This document shows positions 34,633 to 41,141 of a stretch of 41,141 bases of DNA, in pieces. The position numbers were made by a program, and so were the translations under genes. Source of the stretch: a virus; the IMG/VR virus record IMGVR_UViG_3300045988_104990, positions 1 to 41,141 of that record, one strand, 5' to 3'. The notes beneath the pieces were generated by a model. It was not told the DNA's origin. It ran no database searches and was given only the letters and a program-made list of their open reading frames with translations. The stretch's first letter is position 1. Every line of letters begins with the position of its first letter.

Positions 34633-35647
34633 CTATCATAGAAACAAACTCTTCCTGTTTGTTCGGATAAAGATGGGAATATGTAGCAAGGGCTGTTCCC
34701 GGTGTGTCGCCAAGTCTTTCAGCGACAAGCAGTATATTACAGCCAAGCTCAATCATCATAGAAGCATGAGAATGTCTCAAGTCGTGCATTCTGATAACAG
34801 GCAAGTCCTGTTCTGCCAATGCACGTCTAAACTCATTCCTTAGTGGTGTTCTACTGGCTTTGAACAGCGTGTCAGACGGCGTCAAGCCATACCTTGCATT
34901 TATATAGTCCCTAAGTTCATCAACAAGGAAGCCGGGAATAATAACCTTGCGTATGGAATTAGGTGTTTTTGGCTTTGTAACTACTTTCCTTTGGGATATG
35001 TTTTTGTTTATGTTAATGCTTTTGTTCTCCAAATCTATATCTGCTAGCGTCAGGGCGAGACATTCCCCTAGACGCATGCCCGTATAAAATAGAGTATCAA
35101 ACACAGCTTTGTATGTAAGGTTGGAGAATTTAAGCTGTTCGTATTGTTCTCGTGTAAGTATTGTATAGTTGCGTTTTTCTTTTGGTACAATATGCTTTGC
35201 AGTTCTGACGGGGTTTTCCTGCAGACCGCAAAAGGTGATCCCCCAGTTAATAATGCAGCTTAAAACTGCGGTTATATTTCTAATGGTGGTTGAAGCAAGC
35301 CCCTTTTTCTGCAGAGAGTACTGCCAGTTCTTAATTGCAAGAGGTGTTACCTCAGACGCAGAACACTTGAAAAAACCGAGAATATGGTTGTCTGCCATAG
35401 ATTTATGTTTAATGTATGTGCTTTCTTTTACCCTTGCCTTTAAGTCCACAAGATACTTATTAACAAGGGTGTCAAAGCTAATATCGTTGTTGACAGCAGC
35501 GTGATTTTCAATAAAATCTCTTTCCCACGCAAGAGCTTCTTTTCTCAAGTCAAAGCCTGACTTCTTCTTCTGCTTTCTTTCTCCCGAATAGTCTTTATAG
35601 TAGAATTTGCAGTACCATTTCCCGTTTTTGTCTTTATATGCAGGCAT
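34628..35647 (-). CDS. int: Tyrosine integrase
   Basis: N-terminal arm-binding-type MPAYKDKNGKWYCKFYYKDYSGERKQKKKSGF. C-terminal catalytic RLGE...HDLRHSHAS...LGDTPGTALATYSHLY. Confidence 0.95.
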   Translation of the reverse strand: MPAYKDKNGKWYCKFYYKDYSGERKQKKKSGFDLRKEALAWERDFIENHAAVNNDISFDTLVNKYLVDLKARVKESTYIKHKSMADNHILGFFKCSASEVTPLAIKNWQYSLQKKGLASTTIRNITAVLSCIINWGITFCGLQENPVRTAKHIVPKEKRNYTILTREQYEQLKFSNLTYKAVFDTLFYTGMRLGECLALTLADIDLENKSININKNISQRKVVTKPKTPNSIRKVIIPGFLVDELRDYINARYGLTPSDTLFKASRTPLRNEFRRALAEQDLPVIRMHDLRHSHASMMIELGCNILLVAERLGDTPGTALATYSHLYPNKQEEFVSMIE

Positions 35648-35661
35648 AGTACACCTCCTTT

Positions 35662-35967
35662 TTACTGTATTACACTTTCAATTTCGGCATATATCTCAGT
35701 GTCGGAATACTTGTCCATTATTTTTTGCCAGTCATCACGATCAATAAAAACAAACTCCTCACTCAATTCGGCTCCAACACAATCTTGGCAGAGCAAATCA
35801 TCTGCTTCGTAGTTTAGCGGATATTCGCCACCATCAGTGTAAACCTCAATGTCAATGCCACACTGAGGACATATAACATAAGCTTCTTTCGGAATTTGTG
35901 TACAAGAACATGTGAATATTAAAATCAAAACAAACGTTAAGGTTAAAATTATTTTCTTCATTCTCAA
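35662..35967 (-). CDS. Exported or lipoprotein-like small protein with CxxC..CxxC ectodomain
   Basis: Signal-like MKKIILTLTFVLILIFTCSC, then YVICPQCGIDIEVY...LLCQDCVG. Confidence 0.6.
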   Translation of the reverse strand: MRMKKIILTLTFVLILIFTCSCTQIPKEAYVICPQCGIDIEVYTDGGEYPLNYEADDLLCQDCVGAELSEEFVFIDRDDWQKIMDKYSDTEIYAEIESVIQ

Positions 35968-35973
35968 ACTCCT

Positions 35974-36411
35974 TTACCAACACACGCTGCAAGCGTCATA
36001 TCCTGCGCTCTCAGCTTCGTAAGAACTTTCATAATACGATAAATCGTCTTTCCCCGACACATACTGACACCATATATGATGATATTTTGAGCCTGTACGT
36101 GTAACGTAAGCATAATTTTCTTCCGAAACAGCGTCATTGTCATAACTGTAATCAGAGTTGCTTCGCAATTCCTGTTCGATTTCATCGCGCAGCTGTTTGC
36201 TTATACATTGTCTGCAAGTTGTTGTGTATGTACCCTCAGTACTATTGTAATACAGATATATATTACGACCACAAGTGCTACAAATAGCGTATGTATCATC
36301 TTTATCTGTAACTTTGTACAGGAGGTAACCATTTAGAACTAACGATACGATAAGGGCAACAGTCAAGAATATCAAAGCAAATTTATTGTTCGTTTTCTTT
36401 TCTTCGTTCAT
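35974..36411 (-). CDS. Membrane-anchored protein with CxxC..CxxC ribbon and C-terminal YH-x3-C...GY-x-AC-x2-C metal-binding motif
   Basis: TM segment FALIFLTVALIVSLVLNGYLLY. YAICSTCGRNIYLY...TTCRQCIS is paralogous to the previous protein. C-terminal GSKYHHIWCQYV...AGYDACSVCW. Confidence 0.6.
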   Translation of the reverse strand: MNEEKKTNNKFALIFLTVALIVSLVLNGYLLYKVTDKDDTYAICSTCGRNIYLYYNSTEGTYTTTCRQCISKQLRDEIEQELRSNSDYSYDNDAVSEENYAYVTRTGSKYHHIWCQYVSGKDDLSYYESSYEAESAGYDACSVCW

Positions 36412-36415
36412 TTCA

Positions 36416-36865
36416 TCACCTATACATAATTATTATCTTATCCCTAAACCTGTCGTACTCCAATTTTGCGTAATCATTCCCCCGAATAAAAATATAAGTA
36501 TAGCTTCCCGGGCGTGAATAATCAAATCCCAGTACAACCATACTTTCCACATAAGTCCTTATAATTTCAGTAACGGGCAATCCGTCACAGTTCTTCGAAA
36601 CTTTAATACTGTCATAAGTAATCTTACTGTATTCAGCCTTACGTCTGACAGCAGCAGGCGAAGTATTTGTGAACTCGCCAAAATTAATAATTGCGGTTTT
36701 CCCATAGCGTACTAACTGATGTATACATTCGTCATTGCAAGGCAATATGGTACTCTCTGCATACGCAGTACACCTCTGCGACATTCCCACAATAATAAAT
36801 GCACTTGTCGTGAGCATTACCGTCACAACGATAAAGGACAGTATGCTTTTTAATTTTATCTTCAC
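36416..36865 (-). CDS. Exported protein (signal anchor) of unknown function
   Basis: GTG 36865 is 19 nt after the cI-like stop. VKIKLKSILSFIVVTVMLTTSAFIIVG is a signal/TM segment. The longer 36988 start would overlap the repressor gene. Confidence 0.5.
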   Translation of the reverse strand: MKIKLKSILSFIVVTVMLTTSAFIIVGMSQRCTAYAESTILPCNDECIHQLVRYGKTAIINFGEFTNTSPAAVRRKAEYSKITYDSIKVSKNCDGLPVTEIIRTYVESMVVLGFDYSRPGSYTYIFIRGNDYAKLEYDRFRDKIIIMYR

Positions 36866-36884
36866 AGCGTAGCCTTTCTCGCTC

Positions 36885-37256
36885 TTATGCGTCTTGATAA
36901 ATATCACACAGCCGTATAGATTGCTCAATATTATCAATAATAATTTTTCTGCTAAAGTCGTCCAGTGTGTCGCCTGAATATTCAACATTAGCGGAATTTC
37001 TTAGTAAAAACGCCAGTTTTGTAAGTTCCAACTTGACGTCAAATGGTGGTATTTCGGTTTGTTCCCCTTTTAGTATATAAGCTACAGGGGCTCCGAGATA
37101 TGCACTCAGCTTGTTTAGGGCAGGAACAGACGGTACTGTATTTTTCCATTTGCAAGCGTTACCTCTAGGGAAGCCTATATCTCTTTCCATTTGAGCAACA
37201 GTTACTCCTTGTTTTTCGCACAATGCCTTTACTCTATCGTATACTGTTTCGCCCAC
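36885..37256 (-). CDS. cI-like XRE-family repressor
   Basis: GTG start after GGAAAGGAGG. N-terminal HTH VYDRVKALCEKQGVTVAQMERDIGFPRGNACKW. Divergent from the cro-like gene. Confidence 0.8.
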   Translation of the reverse strand: MGETVYDRVKALCEKQGVTVAQMERDIGFPRGNACKWKNTVPSVPALNKLSAYLGAPVAYILKGEQTEIPPFDVKLELTKLAFLLRNSANVEYSGDTLDDFSRKIIIDNIEQSIRLCDIYQDA

Positions 37257-37287
37257 GACAAAAACCTCCTTTCCTTAAAAAATATTA

Positions 37288-37366
37288 GACATACGCAAAA
37301 AACCTATTGACAGTCGTACCGACATACGCTAGAATAAGAGTGTGAGATACGACACACAATCGTATC
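37288..37366. promoter_or_regulatory. Operator-like repeats: GACATACGC at 37288 and 37321, and inverted repeat GATACGA-n7-TCGTATC at 37346-37366
   Basis: One repeat copy lies inside the promoter spacer. The inverted repeat lies just downstream of the -10. Confidence 0.55.
37307..37335 (+). promoter_or_regulatory. Early rightward promoter (TTGACA-17 nt-TAGAAT)
   Basis: -35 at 37307-37312 and -10 at 37330-37335, read directly. Confidence 0.65.
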
Positions 37367-37510
37367 GAACTACGATTAAATCAGCGGCAAACTGAAATTT
37401 AAGCGGAATCAATACGGCAAAAGTGCCCAATTTAGTGTATGTAGTTGTTTGCGTATTATTAATGTACACCAGATTGCGTAAATTGTCAATATAAATTCGT
37501 ATTTATTTCA

Positions 37511-37750
37511 GTGCTAAAATGTGGAAAGGAGTTGGAGAAAAGTTTGAAAACAGAAATTATTATCAAGAATATTGAAGAAGTGGCAAAACGCAAAGGTTTA
37601 TCCATTGCGGCACTCGAAAGAAAAGCAGGCCTTGCTAGAGGTCATTTCTACAAGCTGAAAAGCACAGCGATGCAGCTTGAAACTCTTGCAAGAATAGCAG
37701 ACGCACTGGACGTTTCTGTTTCCTACCTGCTTAGAGAAAGAAAGGAGTAG
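37511..37750 (+). CDS. Cro-like XRE-family HTH regulator (start may be TTG 37544)
   Basis: NIEEVAKRKGLSIAALERKAGLARGHFYKLK is an HTH. Divergent from the repressor gene. A GGAG lies 7 nt before TTG 37544. Confidence 0.75.
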   Translation: MLKCGKELEKSLKTEIIIKNIEEVAKRKGLSIAALERKAGLARGHFYKLKSTAMQLETLARIADALDVSVSYLLRERKE

Positions 37751-37752
37751 AA

Positions 37753-37929
37753 ATGCTAAAGAAAACAGGGTTTTACACCGTCAAAGACGTGATGAACATC
37801 TTAGGCGTAAAAGAGGCTAAAGCCTATCGTGAAATCCGAAAACTGAATGAAGAACTAGCTGCAGAGGGATATATCACTGTAGCGGGGAAAATACCCGTAA
37901 AGAGGTTTAACGAGAGGTTTTATCAATGA
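37753..37929 (+). CDS. Small HTH protein of the excisionase/MerR-like (HTH_17-type) class (58 aa, not in ORF track)
   Basis: Hand translation gives MLKKTGFYTVKDVMNILGVKEAKAYREIRKLNEELAAEGYITVAGKIPVKRFNERFYQ. The pattern is typical of Gram-positive mobile-element Xis or regulators. Confidence 0.55.
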   Translation: MLKKTGFYTVKDVMNILGVKEAKAYREIRKLNEELAAEGYITVAGKIPVKRFNERFYQ

Positions 37930-38489
37930 AATTAAAAAGTATAGGTAAGACGGGGGCAATACCCGTAATAGCATTTCTGCTGCTTATAAGCTGTACACCT
38001 ACCAGTGAAGTAGTAGACGCACAGGAAATGCCAAAAAATGAAACGACCGCCCCGGCTGTCGAAGTACAAAAATGGCAACCGTGGGCGGAGGTTCCGCTAA
38101 GCAATGAATTGCAGGAGTACATTCATACACTATGTGAAGAACATAATCTTGCATACTCATTCATTATAGCATTAATCGAAACCGAAAGCAACTTCAATTC
38201 TGACATTGTTTCAGCAACAAATGATTACGGCTTAATGCAGATTAACGCCTGTAATCACAGAGAAGATTTTGACTACTTAGACCCATACGACAATGTAACT
38301 ATGGGAATCGAAATGCTGCCAGATTTAGCGGAAAAATACTCCGATGTTGAAAGCGTTTTAATGGCTTACAATCTCGGAGAAGCAGGGGCTGTAAACCTTT
38401 GGAATCAGGGCATTTACAGCACCGAATACACGAGAAAAGTATTAGACAGAAAACTGGAATATGAGAAAGAACATAGAGGTGATTTATGA
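37926..38489 (+). CDS. Lipoprotein lytic transglycosylase (SLT domain)
   Basis: Lipobox LLLISC. SLT motifs IALIETESNFN, DYGLMQIN, MAYNLG. Confidence 0.8.
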   Translation: MKLKSIGKTGAIPVIAFLLLISCTPTSEVVDAQEMPKNETTAPAVEVQKWQPWAEVPLSNELQEYIHTLCEEHNLAYSFIIALIETESNFNSDIVSATNDYGLMQINACNHREDFDYLDPYDNVTMGIEMLPDLAEKYSDVESVLMAYNLGEAGAVNLWNQGIYSTEYTRKVLDRKLEYEKEHRGDL

Positions 38490-38794
38490 TATTTGAAACG
38501 AAAAACGAAACAGACCTTGAAAAAATAAACAAATTTGCTGAGTTGCTTAACCTGAGAGCAATTTCGCTAGATGTCAAGGTGGCCTTAGATGGCGTTAATG
38601 TTGAGTGCAAGGTTAACGAGATTGCCAAAAGGTTGCTGTTAGACATTTTCGGCATGCCGGAAGAAGATTTTGAAAGTCTCGCCGATATTGTGAGCAAAAC
38701 AGCACACGAAATCGGCACAATTTTGGAGAAGTACGCAAAAGAGGTAACAAATGAGAGTACGAAGAAAGACGAGGAACAGCCAGTTACTGATTGA
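38486..38794 (+). CDS. Hypothetical acidic protein
   Basis: ATGA overlap with the upstream gene. 102 aa. Confidence 0.55.
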   Translation: MIFETKNETDLEKINKFAELLNLRAISLDVKVALDGVNVECKVNEIAKRLLLDIFGMPEEDFESLADIVSKTAHEIGTILEKYAKEVTNESTKKDEEQPVTD

Positions 38795-38939
38795 TTCGGG
38801 GAAGTGCGACAAGCCGATAAAGCGGAGCAAGGAAGCTGCAGGTTGGGAATGTAAAGGCGATTGTATTAACTGCTTCTGCTTCATCGTCAAGACGACAACA
38901 GGAGATTGGGAGCATATATCCCCAGTGGACGAGAGGTAA
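38751..38939 (+). CDS. Cys-rich 62-aa protein, start embedded 44 nt in the upstream gene
   Basis: GAGG RBS. GKCDKP...WECKGDCINCFCF. Confidence 0.45.
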   Translation: MRVRRKTRNSQLLIDSGKCDKPIKRSKEAAGWECKGDCINCFCFIVKTTTGDWEHISPVDER

Positions 38940-38943
38940 TAAT

Positions 38944-39696
38944 ATGGCAGAAAGAAGAATGTTTGCAAAAACGATAATAGACAGTGACACCTTTATAGAC
39001 ATGCCGCTGTCAGCACAAGCTTTATATTTTCACCTGAGTATGAGAGCTGATGATGACGGATTTGTTAATAGCCCAAAAAGAATACAGCGAATGATAGGTG
39101 CAGCAGACGACGATATGAAGTTGCTAGTTGCAAAATCATTTCTCATACCGTTCGAAAGCGGCATAGTGGTTATAAAACACTGGAAAATACACAACTACAT
39201 AAGGGGAGATAGAAAAAAACAAACCGTACACTCCGACGAAATGCTATTGCTAGAAACAAAAGAAAACGGCGTGTATGAATTGAATGTCAGTCAAATGTCA
39301 GTCAAATGTCAGTCAAATGTCAGTCAAATGTCAGCACAGGATAGGTTAGGTAAGGATAGGTTAGGTAAGGATAGGTTAGTAGAGAGTATAGCCGCAGACG
39401 ACACGCCGCCTGCTCCCGCCCCCGCAAAAACAAAGCATAAGTATGGTGAGTACAACAATGTCAGATTGACCGACGACGAAATAAACAAGCTGAATGAGGA
39501 ATTAGGCGCACATATGACTACAGCCTGTATCACTTTCCTAGATGAATATATCGAGATGAAAGGCTATAAAGCCAAGTCACACTACCTAGCGATTAAAAAA
39601 TGGGTTGTAAGCGCTGTAAAGGAACGGCAGCCAAAAGAACAGGACAGGCTTGCTTGGTTAGACGAAATAGATTGGAGTAGTGCAGATGACAATTGA
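38944..39696 (+). CDS. Phage replisome organizer (origin-binding initiator)
   Basis: N-terminal MAERRMFAKTIIDSDTFIDMPLSAQALYFHLSMRADDDGFV...IKHWKIHNYIRGDR matches the replisome-organizer N-terminal domain. Iterons lie inside the gene. Confidence 0.85.
   Translation: MAERRMFAKTIIDSDTFIDMPLSAQALYFHLSMRADDDGFVNSPKRIQRMIGAADDDMKLLVAKSFLIPFESGIVVIKHWKIHNYIRGDRKKQTVHSDEMLLLETKENGVYELNVSQMSVKCQSNVSQMSAQDRLGKDRLGKDRLVESIAADDTPPAPAPAKTKHKYGEYNNVRLTDDEINKLNEELGAHMTTACITFLDEYIEMKGYKAKSHYLAIKKWVVSAVKERQPKEQDRLAWLDEIDWSSADDN
39283..39334 (+). repeat. ori iterons set A: AATGTCAGTCA x 4.6 (11-bp period)
   Basis: Read directly. Units start at 39283, 39294, 39305 and 39316, with a partial unit at 39327. Confidence 0.9.
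39339..39379 (+). repeat. ori iterons set B: GGATAGGTTAGGTAA x 2.7 (15-bp period)
   Basis: Read directly. Units start at 39339 and 39354, with a partial unit at 39369. Confidence 0.9.
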
Positions 39697-40219
39697 CGAA
39701 TTTAGAATACTGACAAAAGCTATGAAAGCCGTATACACATCGCCAACCTTTCTACCGGACGCATATGCGGTAAAGCTATGGTATCAAATGCTTAAAGATA
39801 TACCATACGATCAAGCCACAGCGGCGATACATGAATATATGTTAACCAACAAGTTCCCGCCTACCATAGCAGACATAAGAGAAATGGCAACAGTAAGCGA
39901 GGTACAGGACTGGGGGACAGGTTGGCAGAAAACACTTAGCGTAATCCGAAAGTACGGGTGGTGCAGACAGAAAGAAGCACTTGAAGAACTTGACGAGCTT
40001 ACAAGGCAGACAGTACAGCGGCTTGGCTATATGGAGCTGTGCACATCAGACAACCTAATGGCAGACAGGGGCAACTTCAGAATGATTTACGAGGAGCTGT
40101 CGGAAAAAGAAAAGACAAGGGAAAAACTCCCCGAAAAACTAAGAAAGGAGCTAAGCAATGAGAGTAGAGGAATTACTGGACCTGCTGAGCGGCAAGCCAG
40201 TGACAAGGAGAGAGATTAG
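39686..40219 (+). CDS. G39P-like helicase loader
   Basis: GGAG RBS before ATG 39686. The pattern W...L.D.PYD.A..A......N.FPPTIADIRE resembles the SPP1 G39P loader family. Lies directly after the organizer. Confidence 0.55.
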   Translation: MTIDEFRILTKAMKAVYTSPTFLPDAYAVKLWYQMLKDIPYDQATAAIHEYMLTNKFPPTIADIREMATVSEVQDWGTGWQKTLSVIRKYGWCRQKEALEELDELTRQTVQRLGYMELCTSDNLMADRGNFRMIYEELSEKEKTREKLPEKLRKELSNESRGITGPAERQASDKERD

Positions 40220-40469
40220 GCAGCAGACAGGCTACCCCGACAGAGAGATCAGACAGGCTGTCAGAGATTTACGGCTCAGCGGAGTAAGGGTAGTGACAGC
40301 AGAGAACGGCGGTTACTACATAGCGAGAAGCGAAGAAGAATATATACCATTTCGCAACGCAATGATATCAAGAGTTGTGAAAATCATGGAAGTAGTTAAC
40401 GCAATGGACAGAAATTTGAACGGGCAGGTGATATTGGAATGTACTGGTGTGAAGAATGCGGAGCAGTAG
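40158..40469 (+). CDS. Winged-helix-like DNA-binding protein
   Basis: AAGGAG RBS. LLSGKPVTRREIRQQTGYPDREIRQAVRDLRLSG is wHTH-like. Confidence 0.5.
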   Translation: MRVEELLDLLSGKPVTRREIRQQTGYPDREIRQAVRDLRLSGVRVVTAENGGYYIARSEEEYIPFRNAMISRVVKIMEVVNAMDRNLNGQVILECTGVKNAEQ

Positions 40470-40720
40470 AAAAACCGCAGTTTGTGCATGACAGTACCGG
40501 AATGTACGAGGTTTGCCCGAACTGCAAAGGTGAATTAACCTACGCCGACAGGTGCGGCTGTGGGAACTGGATAGATCCGACAGAGTTCATATGCGAGGAC
40601 TGCAAGAAATTTATATCAAACATAGGCTTAACCCTACAGGACGAGTTCGACAGACAGACAGGCAGAGAGGTAAGTGAGGAACATTTAAAGGAGTTAATGG
40701 AGAAATGGATAAACTTATAG
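40439..40720 (+). CDS. Zinc-finger protein
   Basis: CEECG...CPNCKG...CGCG...CEDCKK. Confidence 0.55.
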   Translation: MYWCEECGAVEKPQFVHDSTGMYEVCPNCKGELTYADRCGCGNWIDPTEFICEDCKKFISNIGLTLQDEFDRQTGREVSEEHLKELMEKWINL

Positions 40721-41141
40721 CGATACAAAGTGAGCTGAAAGCACCGAAAGGGCAGTACAACAGCTTCGGGGAATACAAATACAGGAGTGCAGAGGATATT
40801 CTTGAAGCGGTAAAGCCGCTATGCGTAAAGCACAATGTACTGCTGACGCTGACAGACAGCATAGAGCTGATAGGCGAAAGGTACTATGTCAAGGCAACAG
40901 CAAGGGTATCAGACGGGACAAAGGCTGTAGAGGTTACGGCACTGGCTAGAGAAGACCTTGACAAAAAGGGTATGGACGGCTCACAGATAACAGGCACAGC
41001 GTCATCGTATGCTAGAAAATACGCCCTTAACGGACTGTTCTGTATTGACGACACGAAAGACGCCGATACAGACGAGTACGCAGCTAAGACACAGGGCAAG
41101 ACAGACCCTGACGCCAAGAAAGACGCAGAGAAGAAAAAAGA
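40705..41141 (+). CDS. erf: ERF-family single-strand annealing recombinase, N-terminal part (runs off the window, continues at 1..310)
   Basis: IQSELKAPKGQYNSFGEYKYRSAEDILEAVKPL...IGERYYVKATA...KKGMDGSQITGTASSYARKYALNGLFCIDDTKDADT closely parallels P22 Erf. Confidence 0.9.
   Translation, partial: MDKLIAIQSELKAPKGQYNSFGEYKYRSAEDILEAVKPLCVKHNVLLTLTDSIELIGERYYVKATARVSDGTKAVEVTALAREDLDKKGMDGSQITGTASSYARKYALNGLFCIDDTKDADTDEYAAKTQGKTDPDAKKDAEKKK
41043..41141. repeat. 99-bp terminal overlap, identical to 1..99
   Basis: Same as above. The ERF reading frame is continuous through it. Confidence 0.95.

Larger units (their letters stand above)
1..41141. mobile_element. Complete temperate phage genome in circularly closed representation; short-tail-type structural module inferred
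   Basis: Full set of phage modules is present: integrase, cI/cro, replication, recombination, terS/terL, portal, capsid, tail, lysis. The two window ends are identical over 99 bp. Confidence 0.9.

Noticed and set aside
35169-35504. 111-aa + strand ORF inside the integrase gene
   Set aside because: It is antisense to a high-confidence integrase CDS and has no RBS.
39283-39379. Short tandem repeats that could be mistaken for a CRISPR array
   Set aside because: The repeats are contiguous with no spacers. The units are 11 and 15 bp and lie in-frame inside the replisome-organizer gene. This is the classical origin-iteron arrangement.
1-41141. Possible stop-codon reassignment linked to the tRNA-like element
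   Set aside because: All large late genes (terL, portal, capsid, 1503-aa protein) are open in the standard code with no in-frame TAG/TGA/TAA interruptions. No anticodon can be identified in the element either.

Overview
The window is one complete temperate phage genome. It is about 41.04 kb unique. Bases 1-99 are identical to 41043-41141, so the contig closes on itself and an ERF recombinase gene runs across the junction. Gene content points to a Firmicutes/Clostridia-type host: CD27L-like Amidase_3 endolysin with an SH3 tail, phiLC3-type holin, ArpU-like late regulator, DUF6273-like fibre domain. All product calls come from reading the translated ORFs and recognising motifs from memory; nothing was searched. 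Layout, mostly on the + strand:
- Recombination and early genes (1-8851): ERF, MTase-like, DUF1351-like, HNH, NinB-like, SSB, many small Zn-ribbon/Cys-rich ORFs, Lar-like anti-restriction, RuvC-like resolvase, ArpU-like regulator.
- A self-contained minus-strand cassette of six tiny genes (8898-10169).
- terS (10499-11011), then an unusual 750-bp non-coding region with repeat arrays, G/C-rich hairpins and a tRNA-like element, then terL.
- Portal, scaffold, capsid, adaptor, tail hub and fibres, then three ejection-type proteins including a 1503-aa polyvalent protein. No tail tube or sheath is recognisable, so a short-tailed virion is inferred.
- Lysis module (30640-32008).
- A terminator-bounded accessory cassette (32015-34374).
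- attP-like repeats (34424-34632).
- A minus-strand lysogeny operon: integrase, three exported proteins, cI-like repressor.
- Cro-like, Xis-like, a lipoprotein transglycosylase, a replisome organizer with internal ori iterons, and a G39P-like loader.
The candidates most worth follow-up are the post-lysis cassette, the minus-strand small-gene cassette, the repressor-linked exported proteins, and the terS-terL RNA/repeat region.
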